Positions 13,793 through 25,600 of a DNA stretch of 64,000 bases are shown piece after piece. The position numbers and the translations under genes are program-made. Source of the DNA: Trichoplax adhaerens (lineage: Eukaryota; Animalia; Placozoa); NCBI RefSeq assembly GCF_000150275.1, contig NW_002060943.1, forward strand, positions 8,316,066-8,380,065. The letters are read 5' to 3'. Every line of letters starts with the position of its first letter. Positions within the stretch are counted from its first letter, which is position 1. The notes beneath the pieces are model-generated. The model had not been told where the DNA came from. It ran no database searches and worked only from the letters and a program-made list of their open reading frames with translations.

Positions 13793-14137
13793 TACGCAAA
13801 TTACATGCTACGTGTAGTTGAATACGCACAGAGTAGAAAGAGTGGCAGCAAACATATTTTAATGAACAGTGTTACCAACATAACGTGAATAACATGGACG
13901 TAGATAAATGAATACTAATATCGACGAGTATGAAGGCATCTAAATAGCCCCAATATAGTTCATTAATTAATTACATACCAGTGTAACGTAAATCAAAATG
14001 TAATTGGATCGCAGAGATCCATGCCCAATTAAATCTACTTTAACTAACTACAGTAACGACTAAAATAGTGTAACAATCCCAACCCATGCAAAGGGTACCG
14101 AAATCGAACAGCATGGTGCTGTCCAGTATTCTTATTG

Positions 14138-15561
14138 TCAATCATCATCATCATCAAATTTCTCGATTTCAAGGCACATATATATAAATGACGGGTTACT
14201 GGGTGTGCCCATTCGTCCAGGGAGTACCACGTGGAATCCAACATACATGAATATCTTAATGAGCGTATCTGTTAAAAACAAAAAATGTTAAGGAATAGAA
14301 TACGCATATAACATAATTGGAATCTACGAAAGTCATTTATAAATTAACAAAGATTAAGTTAAATCCAACCAAAGATAAGCTATCAATAACAATTTCAGAG
14401 TATGTCTATTTCGCTGCGAGCAACAATACAGGTATCATCGCTTTATGAGACAGTATACAAGTTACAAACACCATCTTCAATTACCTCTATCTTCAGATTG
14501 TGACGGAAATACAACAAAAACATGTGAGCAATCCATTTCTTCGGCTTTATCGAGCACTGTTACTAACCTAGCAGAAGTAAATCATGATGTAAATATCATT
14601 ATGCGAACTTAAAACTGTCGTCATAGTAAACCAAAATCATTGTGTAGTCATTATATACTGTGGATTGTAGTGTCGAATCGGCTGAGTTTTTAGCTTAATT
14701 AAATGTGCCACATGATTAATCATTGCAAAGCAATTATAGTAATTTACCCATCTCGAGAAATATGCTGCGTTTTGTTGTTTTCATCCACCACTAGTAGATA
14801 GAGATCATCGCCAACCCTAAAACTTGGGAATTTGGCGATCGCCTTGCCCGTTACGCCATCAATGGTATCAAATCGATATAGTTCAGGATGGAAATTTATG
14901 TTATCGAGATCATCATTCTATAAGGATAAAAAAATTATGATTATAATATCGTGTGTGTAGTTGTATTAGCAGTTTCACACGGTACTCCTTTGATTACTTA
15001 CGTTAAACAGGCGCAACGGTAATATATTATCGTCTTCATCTTCATCATCCACTATCAGCTCATTGGCTTGACTACCATTTTCAGGATTATTGCATGAATT
15101 CCAGCTTGCGCCATTGACGTAAATTGAGATCACTGCAGGAGTTCCCCCTAAAAAAAAAGGAAGTCAAATTAAGGCCAAAAGCAATATTCTGCCGCGCCTT
15201 TGGCGTCAATAAATCGCTTCAATTTGCTGTACTGTACTTTCATCGAAGGCGGATTAAGTATTCACAAATCAGACAATAACAGTACTAAATGATGTCAACA
15301 ATTCAATCTTGTATATCCAAAATCTTTGGGGTAAAGGTTGAAGGTGGAATAGAAAATAATGGAGGCTAAAATAAAGGCGATCTATGACTATAAACATTTT
15401 GTAGCAATGACTAGGAATGGATAGAACCAACTCTTACGTATTGCTACACTAGCACTGCACACTCGTGTTTTGCAACTTGCTTCTTCATTCGGAAATGCGA
15501 AGTCAATTCATATGAAGATAAAGCGAAAAGTTTGCTTACGTATTTGCATGCAAACCATCAT
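14138..15561 (-). CDS. OAZ: Ornithine decarboxylase antizyme (ORF2 exons 15147-15002, 14917-14748, 14567-14485, 14268-14138; 5' end and frameshift site unresolved)
   Basis: The spliced translation is ...FRVGDDLYLLVVDENNKTQHISRDGLVTVLDKAEEMDCSHVFVVFPSQSEDRDTLIKIFMYVGFHVVLPGRMGTPSNPSFIYMCLEIEKFDDDDD*. This matches the antizyme core pattern (vertebrate [51 protein letters not shown]). All joins are GT-AG and in phase. Confidence 0.9.
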
Positions 15562-16072
15562 CTCCAATTTAATTGATCAATATCAAGGTATGCTCCCATC
15601 CATGAAGAAATGGATTCGATCAATTAGCTACCAAATAATTAACATGTTTAATAATAATAAAGACTCCGTATGCAACAATTACTAAACGACAATCCAATTT
15701 CACATCATTTTGATGGTTGAAAGCTGCGACTTTCCTGCAGAAAATTGTTCTCCAGTACAGTACTGTACTATACTGGAAACTTGTAATGAACAAAGACGTA
15801 CCGGTACGGTACCAGCCAAAAAATTCTTGACTGACGGCCTACGATATCACAATGAATACAGTACAGTACATTGTACAGTACACCGTACCGAAGCGACAAA
15901 GGCATTCCAGTTTATCAACAACACCACTAAGAAGCATAAAATTGGGGTTTTTATCCTTGTTTTTTATTTTACTTTCTTCTTTACCGTACTACAGTAGTTA
16001 GGCTATGGTTGGCTACATTGTTGTCAATGCTTACAGTAATGTGGTCGCTTCGTACGACCTCCTTTGATGTTT

Positions 16073-16088
16073 TCTCGCGAAATGGCGG
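16073..16088 (-). promoter_or_regulatory. Adjacent YY1-like (CCGCCATTT) and CGCG-element-like (TCGCGAGA) motifs in the putative first exon of antizyme
   Basis: Minus strand reads CCGCCATTTCGCGAGA ~100 nt downstream of the inferred TSS; motif resemblance only. Confidence 0.35.
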
Positions 16089-16184
16089 AAAAAAATTCTC
16101 AAACAAGAGAAAAAAAGAGAAATACAGAGAAATTGATCCTTGGACGAAAAGCGTTTCGAGCCAGCGGACGTGATATCTGAGGAA

Positions 16185-16219
16185 ACAATGAAGAGTCGTC
16201 AGAATCTTTACTATTTATA
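16185..16219 (-). promoter_or_regulatory. TATA box plus initiator for the antizyme gene (TSS ~16189)
   Basis: Minus strand TATAAATA starts at 16219 and an Inr-like TCATTGT has its A at 16189, 30 nt later. An AUG-free stretch follows and ends at a strong donor (ACT|GTAAGC, 16035). Confidence 0.55.
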
Positions 16220-16704
16220 CAGTTCTATACTGTACAGTACACAGTGCAATAACGATACATGCACTGTAGGCCACTGCACTCAGTGACGAAATGTGCAAAA
16301 TAAGCTGTCATCTTCTCAGTCCTTTCTTCTGTAATAATCCATAGAAAAGTGGCAAATATGAGCTACCATGCAATGACAATTTATTTGTGCCGTTGTGCAC
16401 CCTACGTTACAGTACAGTACAGTACAGTATTGCCCATTCTACAGTACAACTGCAGCGCTCCGTACTGTACGGTACGGTACAATACGACGTACGGCGGTAC
16501 TGGACTACTGTATAAGTCTGTATTATTAATTAATTTATATCTGCGTCATGATGAAAAAAAGGGAAAAAAGCCAAGATGACCCAGCAAACCTGCAGTACTA
16601 GGAAGTTGCCTGTGTGCATTGCACAGTACAGTGTACGTTATCAAAGATAAAGCAAAGAAAAAGCGCGAGTGAAGAGGAAAACTTTTACGGGAAAATAGCT
16701 ATGC

Positions 16705-16786
16705 AAAACCAGTGTTGTATCACCGCTGATATTGCATGATGCAACACTGGTTTTTCTTATTGTTGAGCGGGTTGGAACCAGTGTTG
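16705..16786. repeat. Triplicated AACCAGTGTTG motif (forward, inverted, forward)
   Basis: 16705-16722 aaaaccagtgttgtatca pairs with 16737-16754 tgatgcaacactggtttt (17/18); third copy at 16776-16786. Confidence 0.85.
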
Positions 16787-17299
16787 TCAGCACTTTATTT
16801 TTGACCATCGAGTTCAAATTTACTTCCACGGTTTTTGACTCACCCTCAGTAGTGTACTGTACTCAGTACTGTACTAGTACTGCTGAAACACTGTACTGTA
16901 CAGTACTCCGCAAGTACTTTACAGTACAATGTACTGTAAAGTACCAAGCGATTTTGATGAAATTGATTGAAGGTTATCTCTATCTGTAGATTATGGACTA
17001 CTGGAACGGACTGGACCGAAGGACAGGACTCGTGGTTGTCCTGGACCAGATTCAGTCGGTGCGTGTTTGTGTAGTACACTAGATGACTAGCTCCAGTATG
17101 ACGATAAAACCCCCCCCCCCCAATCGAGACACATTTTCCATACAAAGTCATATAAAATACGTACTGTATGTCCAAATTTTCCGCCCTCCCCTTTACTATA
17201 CACATTGACTGTGTTGATTACGAGTCGAGCTTGACCTGTAGCCCATGACGAGTGAACAGTGACTGACCATTTCAATACGTACTCAAGCTAGTCTACGGC

Positions 17300-18877
17300 A
17301 TGTCGGCGCTGAATTTATCTCGACATATTGGTAGGGTAATTCCACGTATAAGCCAACAAATAGCTAGAAATGGCCTACGTATGGTTAGTACGACAGTTCC
17401 TCACTACGCAATTTATGATGTAAATGCTGAAGAAGATTTTAATGACAAGGTATTCCAATGTAATAAGCCCGTTGTTGTGGACTTCCATGCCAGGTAACTT
17501 TGCTACCTTTTTACTATCATTCATTTGCGAGGTGCATAGACCGCATTTCAAACGAATACAGTAGTTATAGCACTTCAGGCAAATTGTCAAATACAGTATT
17601 ACATCAACAAGCGGATTCAATTTCAGAGATGTGAATAAATGGATAATTGTGTTGGAATCAGTAAAGCGTTCACTGTAAAATTGTCTATAGTTAGTCGCTT
17701 TAGTGACGTGCAAGCGTTTGCCATTAATTAAAGTTTGTTAATGGTATGTCGCTAACTACTGGCGGTTTAAGGATATGCATGTTCAAGAATTATAATAGAA
17801 CCGGTTGTATAGTCAAAATGGACGCGACTACAATCCTAGATGCTATTTTCAGATTGAATCTTTGGTTGTCCAGTGTATTTAATTATAATTAGTAAACTGA
17901 CTTAAGTATTTGCATGTTCAATAAATATTGATAAAATCAAAATGTACTCTGCAGCGATCATCGATGCAATTTTCAGGTTAAATCTTCAGTAGTGCAGGAT
18001 ACGCGTACTTATTCGTTCATTATCATATTTATAATCATAAATGAACTAATCTATCAGTATCATACTAAGAATAGTTATACTATATATAATACTCTAACTT
18101 CAGATACTTGAAATTGAATCTTTATGATTTTACAAACTCACGATTATGGTTATGCAGACCAATCTATTCTTATGTTGTATAATGTACTTACATGTAAATT
18201 AACTTATGTTTAAACATCATCTATTCCAGTTGGTGCGGACCTTGCAAGGTACTTGGTCCTCTACTGAAGAAATTTATTGATGAATCAAAGGAAAAAGTAG
18301 ACTTGATCAAGGTTGATATTGATGAAGCCCCGGATATTGCCTTAGAACATGAGGTAATGTACAGTATCTTGTTATGTAAGATAAAAAAGCATTATTACGA
18401 GTATTCTAACAAGAAATACCATTTTGCACGGAAATATCTGACGAATGAAATAAAATCCAATAATAGAGGAATAATGTACATTTACTAGTTGATTGGAATC
18501 TTGTTCGTGCATATAAAACATGATGAATATGATTTATTTCCACTTACTGAATATGGCACAAACTTTGACCATAATACCGCACACAGTACACATCTGCGAG
18601 GCAGCAATATCGATTAAAAATTAAGCCTGTATAGCATGTAATAATGATGTGCATTCAAAGTTGTTAAGTAACTGTAAACTTTGAGAAAATTTTCTTCTAG
18701 TGGGGTATAGATATCCTATAAAGGAAGTACATTGATTACAATGTCGTTGCATTAAATTTTTAGGTGTCAGCTGTGCCGACCCTCTTGTTTATTCAAAATG
18801 GAAAAATTGTAGACAGATCAGTAGGGCTAGTTCCTGAGAATGACCTAAAGACGAAAATTACGGAACTATCTGCCTAA
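17300..18877 (+). CDS. TXN2: Mitochondrial thioredoxin (143 aa); exons 17300-17493, 18230-18353, 18764-18877
   Basis: Arg-rich, acid-free N-terminal presequence; [20 protein letters not shown] active site; KVDIDE; EVSAVPTLLF cis-Pro motif; in-phase GT-AG introns; AATAAA overlaps the stop. Confidence 0.93.
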
Positions 18878-20725
18878 TAAAGTGTTTTCATGACCATCAC
18901 CGGATCGTATCAAATTGCTAAACTCTGGATTGTTCTAAATCATTTAAATGCTGAAAAGTAACATTTTATTTACTTGGTTATAATCGGGTATATAGGCTAC
19001 TTGTATACGGTAGATATTGTAAGTCAGAAAAAGACTAAGTTTTGAGGAATTTCATATAATGACTTATTACAAGGTCTCACTTGATGTTTGGAGTCTATAA
19101 ACTTGGTAAATGAAAGAATATTTGAATATGATTTTAACAATTTGATATACTATTTGCACTATCTATCCAAGAAATCTAACATTTAACTTGAGCTTGCTTC
19201 CTTATTTACAAAAAATGACAGTCTTACGGAAGTTACGAACTTTCGCTTGGGATACTTTGCATAGAATAACTTTATCACGCAGAATCTGATTTTATAATTC
19301 CTCATTAAAATCAACTGTTAGCTGCAGATTAAAAATTGATTACGATCTGTTAAATATAATGAACAGGATAGTCCTATAAGTAATCGTCATTCAACGTTGG
19401 ACTATGCCGTAAACGACTTTTAAAATAAATTATACTATTCTTGAAAGGTATTGAAATAAGCTCAGTATTAGGCTGACTGATTGTTTCCAGCGGTTAACTC
19501 TATAGCGACTGTACTTAGAATCGTAGTATGCATTACACATGCATTATGTACATGCTGCATGATGTCTGTTTAACTACTTGCTCCCAATGGTTCATTTTTC
19601 AACGATTGTACTTGGAAATGCAGTACATATTTCATGCCTAATGTGCATATGCTGCATAAAATGTATTTCATTATTAATTTACCAGTATTATGTGTTCGAG
19701 TAGTGAGGCATGCCTATCTATAACTATTTAAGCCTACTTCGTAGTAATACACTCGATCTGTGAAATTAAAATTATTACATGCTTTGTGTTACCAGCGTGC
19801 AATCCTATCAGTATACAGCAGACATCAAAAAACTACTAGTGAAATACATCAAACTGCCACATATTTTGTCGTTAACATTTGTATTAGACGTAGTAAAATA
19901 GCTTAAAGCAAAACGAAATTTATTTTATTAGATTGCAATATTGTATAGAATGCATAAAAAGTTTTTCAGATCTTAGCGCAATTTCTGACAGTTATCAATA
20001 AAACGATAATTTATTGCAAGTTTGGTAGGATTGTAAAATGATTTTTAATAATAGTTGATTCATACTAATTGAATGTCAGCAAGTATTTTTATCGATCTTG
20101 TCCCGTTGTGCGAGGTTTATTATAACCTCCATTTATCACATTTTCTTGTTATCCATTAATGCACAGGTAAATACTTTTATACCCAGATAATATAATTAGA
20201 TTATCTACCCTAGAGTATCAGGAGTATTCGGCATATTAAGTTAAAATTACACTCGAGTATGAATTTAAACTCATCGAGCGAAGTCGATGAGTAGATGATG
20301 TTGCTGCACGTTTAGTTTCACTGTTGATATATTTAGGGTTTATACTATACAATACTCATATAGGATACGTGTCGTAGTAGCCTTATAAAAACTACAAGGT
20401 TTGTATTAACAGTAAGATTACGTTAATATTGTATGTTGACAAAACGCTAATTAAATTTATAATAGCTATTAATCATCACCAAGGCAACCGATCTAACTTT
20501 CATTGTTTACTGGATAGAAAGCAGTTATTAGGAATAACATACTAATATTAGTCAGATTATTAGCTGAAGTATGGTAACCTACCACGATTATGTATTATAT
20601 GCTGTTAGCGATAGAGTTGTAGAGTAAGCTCTTTTTTTGCACGTTACTCAACCATTATTGTTAGCCCGGTCGTGTAAATTGAAGACCATACAAGTAACTA
20701 GTAAAAGGTTAAAGTGGTTGCAAAT

Positions 20726-21100
20726 ATGGCTTTATCTCTAGCAAATGCAGCAAATGGTGATTTCTTAATCGATTCAGATGACGACGATTCATATGAATCA
20801 TTATCTCGTTCATTAAATTCTAATGTTTTCGGTGGATTCGAAAAAACAAGATGGGCGAGTAGTTCTAAAGACGACTTTTGTAAGCATGACGTAGACAAAG
20901 TTATTAAAGAAAGAACTGGAAAAGAACGAGATTACTTGTTTAAATGGGCAGAATCAGACGCAATTCGGCAAAGGCAGAGAAAATTGTGGGATGATTATGA
21001 AGCTAATCAAACTAAATCCGTTTCAAAGTACGAAATTCCTCCTACTATATCTATTAAAAAACCGAATCAAAAAGAAACGCAAAAATCAACTAAAAAATAG
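20726..21100 (+). CDS. Uncharacterised hydrophilic protein, 124 aa (single exon, or last exon of a larger gene)
   Basis: Long ORF for this AT-rich background with protein-like composition (acidic DSDDDDS patch, helical KERTGKERDYLFKWAESDAIRQRQRKLWDDYE, basic tail); no family recognised. Confidence 0.6.
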   Translation: MALSLANAANGDFLIDSDDDDSYESLSRSLNSNVFGGFEKTRWASSSKDDFCKHDVDKVIKERTGKERDYLFKWAESDAIRQRQRKLWDDYEANQTKSVSKYEIPPTISIKKPNQKETQKSTKK

Positions 21101-22658
21101 AACTTGGCGAGATAGCGTATTAGAACGATATTAGATTTTCAGAGGGAAAGCAATTTCTTCTAAACTAATAGTAGAAAGGGTAAATTGACTCAGCATGCCA
21201 TCAGATAACGATTTTAGTCATGTTGGCGCCATACTGTGATCGATAATTTGAGCTTTTGTATATCAAAAAATTGCGTATTATGCTGCCGCTATTAATCGCT
21301 AGTAACGTAGATTCCAATGGTGGTATAAAAAACACTTCTTCTCAAAGCATGATAATATTAATAAGTTTCATTACATTATATTAATAATTAGTTAGTAGCG
21401 ACTACTTGCAATTGAAACGTGTCACCATTGCTGAAATCCCGATTGTAACGCGATTAGAAATTAATAATCTCTTTAACATCATGGTTGTCTTTACAATGGC
21501 TAATCGTTTCATAACGGATCATCAATGAGTACTGTATTATTGCTAAGATGAATTTTATAGTCCAATTAAATTGCTTATTGTCATATTAATGGATGTTGTG
21601 AAACCCTCTCGTTAATAGTATAGTTTAAAAATGTTAGGAGCTTAGCATACAATATAGCACGAAATGTGACTATTTGTAAGGCTTATAAATAATATATCCT
21701 ATTATACATAAGAACCTGTAATAGTAATTTGTAATTTCGTGTTGTACCATGCAAGTGTACAGGCGTAAGATACAAGCTGTGTGTCTGGTTAGATCGACAC
21801 TTTTATTGTATAAATTCCAGACCTAAAGTAACTTCATGCCTGATTCTAGAAGTAAGTTATCATAGGCTGTGTATTCACCCAAGACGAATAACGATAGCTA
21901 ACTATAACTTAGTATAAAAACTTTTTATTTATAACAGCGATTTAACACAATATAATAATTTTGGCATATATCCTGTAGATAAGTGTATTCTAGTGCGATA
22001 TATTACAGTTATGTGCGCTATTGTGTTCCTTAGTAATATGCATAAAAGTTTAAAATTAATTTTGGATTTGGATTTGAGCAAAGGCAATAAAATAAAACAT
22101 TGTAAATACTATGGCCATTGTATTGAACTTATTATATCGCGTTGGCGCAATATAAACCAATTGAATTAATAAAAGCAGCTTTTAAAAATACGATAATCAA
22201 TATATCATGATTCTGTTAAGATCTTCTGCATCACATAGTCTCAAATTAACATAATGTACAATATTCAGAGGAAATGTAGCAAGGGTATCGTCAATAATTA
22301 GTATTTACTAGAGTCTGTAATTCCTGCAGGAATGGCAATAATTCATTGCTAAAGTAGGATTACCTTTTAGTTTAATACTTTATACACATTTATCTGCCTA
22401 GCAGCATAAAGTAGGCAAGACAGCAATCATTAATCTCTTATGAAATATACTGTAAATAAACTTAATTTTTTTGTATAATTCATCAACATGTTATTTTATC
22501 GAGAAGTAATGAATTTTAATTATAACTGATACATTGTAAGTTAAAATGATCATATAATGAGCTTAAAATGATGTTGTATTGGTTATTGATAGCGTAATAT
22601 ATCATATATATTTGACAAATCGTTACACATAGAAAAATCCCACAATCCTGCGGCTCAA

Positions 22659-25600
22659 TTAAACAACAGAAACATGATCTACTACAATATACTGTGATGG
22701 ATCGGCGTTACGATAATCTTTTTCTGGCACAGCTTCTTTGACATTTTGATGTTTTTTTGCTTTCATTTTAAAATTCAGCTTATGGCGTTTCCTAATTCGA
22801 GCACTATAAGCTACGCCCATGATTGGTACCGCGTAGTTACTTACATCAAAACCGGCAAAGCTGCTAGATCTGCGTAGTCGCCTGCCACTTCCCATGCTAC
22901 TAACAGAGTCAGAAGAGCTGTTTCTATCCATATAGTTCGATTGAACAGGTGAAAAGTAATGAATAAAATACATATTGCAACATCCTAAGAAAAAGACTCC
23001 TCCAGCGATGAAGAAAGGAATCTCAAAAGAGGAAGTAAGTGCGTAAATTTCTCCTATAAAAAAGAGGAAGTAATTATTAATTACTTTAAACTAGCATGTA
23101 TCAGCATTGGAATCATTATTATGATCTATCCATCAGCGGATTAATCTATACTTACCTATAATTATAGGTCCAAAGATGTTATTAATCGACATTACAATAT
23201 ATAATTGACCTAAGCCTTGAGCATATTTTGCGGGGCCGGTCACATCTAGGGTGATCACTGCTAGTAATGCAGTATAGCAACCATCGAACCAACCAAAAAC
23301 GATAACAAATGCTAGGACACCACCATAGTTTGTCGTTAACGGCAAACACGTAATGCATACAGCCATGAAAAGAATACATATTTGTGTAAAGTAGACGCGA
23401 TTCATTTTCGGATGATCACAAATTTTACCAACAAGAAGTTTACTAGCAGTAGCTACTATGCCAAGGTATGCAACAAGCATATTACTTCTGTCTTTATCAA
23501 TACCAATTCCTCGAGCGTATCTAACCTATTGATTAACAAAAAAAGAGTAGTTATTATTGTAACTATCTATTTCAAGGTGATTATCACTATTTTGTTTATT
23601 GCATCATTCAGGTCTCAATAAATACTGCTGTAACATATATCCGAATAAAGTTCTACTTACCAAATAAATATACGGGGTGAAGTAGCAAGTCTCAACAACA
23701 GCAGCAGATAACACCCAGGCGATATATGATTTTTTTCGCCAGTTAGAGAAATCCAAGCAAGAAGTGATTTTTTTACTTAAGCTGCAACTTGGGCGGCATT
23801 TAAAACGACGTTTCCTCTGATCAGGCGAGGGTGCAGAAGTGTCTGTTGCCCTTTGCCCTATTTCGATCTCATCAGCCTTACCGTAATCAAGGTTGAGTAC
23901 AATACCGTCGTTATCATCTCTGCTAGAACTTGAATTGCTTCTTGTTCTTGCTTCTATTGCTTCCATTTGAGATAATCTATCATTACGTGATTGTAATTCT
24001 TCAGCTACGACTTCGTCTTCAAATCGGATAGAGAATTGTTTCTTTTTTAGATTGTTGCCAGATTTTTTTTCCGTTTGTTTATGGATGCTTTTTAAATTTT
24101 TACTTTTGGGGGGAGATTTATTGCCTATCTCATTATTTTCATCCTTCTTGACTTGCTGCAAGGCCAAAGCATTATGATGACGTGACTTTCGCACTGTTTT
24201 CTTTTGTACACAGCACAGACAGCTAGTTTTCTTCGATTTAGAAGGGTCAGCAGGACGAACAAATATTCCGCATATCGCAAGTAAGGAGCAAACACCAGCC
24301 AGAACTTGATAAGTAACTCGCCAATCGGACGTAGTTAATAGCCAGTTAATCAATGGTGTCAATGCTAAACCTCCGATTCCACTACCAGCCGTAGCTAAAC
24401 CATTGACGAAAGATATGCGTTTATGAAAGTAGCGACCAAGGGCTACGAAAGAAGCAGTGTAACAAAGACTAGAGCCGCAGCCCCAAAGAACGCCATATGT
24501 GATATATAATTGATATAACTCATTGCAAAAAGAGGTTGTTAAAACTCCAGCTACGGCGATGACAGAGCCGATTATGACAGTTAATCTTAATCCAACTTGA
24601 TCACATAATATTCCGGATAATGGACCAAACATAAAGGTCATACCAAAAGAAAGAGAGCCAACGGCAGCTAAAAATGTATAAGATAATCATACGTTATTGA
24701 ATCATTTAAATAGTGGAATACAGTACATCCAATTTCTATTTCGACGAAGTTTGCGCAAACGAGATCGTGCGCAGCATCTTACGCTGTTGACTGTAATACG
24801 GCTGGCTATACGAGGATTACATATTTACATTCCGATAAAATGTGTAGCATTTACGCGTAAAGTATACTGTATGGCATTTATTAGGTTATAGTCAATTAAA
24901 CTCGCTTCTCCTGATGTGATAGTGCTGTATCTATCGTTAGTATAGAAATATCATTTAAAATATTCGCTGTACTTTTATGAATGCATTGGCTTCGGGTTCT
25001 GTTTATGATAACTAAACTACAATATATTCATATATTATAATTAATTAATTAAATAAATCATTTTAGAGGCAGAGATGACAAAATATCAATCACATATTTA
25101 CTCTAGGGTACATGTAAATTCTTGTCACGTGTTTATATTAACGTACTGTACTGTACTGACTGTGCATTTGTCTTCTACACGGCATAATGTCCGCACTCGC
25201 GGATACTCGCGGATAAATCCGTATTTTGCCAAAATATTCACAATACGGATTTATCCGCGATGGTACTGTATACTGTACTATACACTTGTACAGTATCTAG
25301 TATAAGTACAGTAACTATCTTGTGCTGTGCCTTCTTTCATACCGTAACGGTACGATTCGGTACATACTGTACTGTAGTGTATGCTGTACAGTGTACAGTA
25401 AGGACTTCTACCAAACGGTGGGAAACGGTTCGTTTTATGTATTTCTCCTTGGTATTGTATGAAAAATTTTTTTTCATACTGTTCTATATTCTCAACAAAG
25501 ATAGATTGATTGATCGCATGGGCTGCATCAGACTTACCTACTGCTGCGGTATCTTTATCTGTAACTCCAAAGACATGATTTTCAATAAAATAATCCAAAA

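Noticed and set aside
14044-14244. 66-aa ORF MLDSTWYSLDEW...
   Set aside because: Wrong-frame shadow of the last antizyme exon; the phase-1 frame gives the conserved antizyme C-terminus
16641-16808. MVK... ORF ending CTT-TGA-T as the true antizyme ORF1
   Set aside because: It lies upstream of the inferred TATA/Inr, has only a weak downstream donor and no convincing in-frame path to ORF2; kept only as a side note
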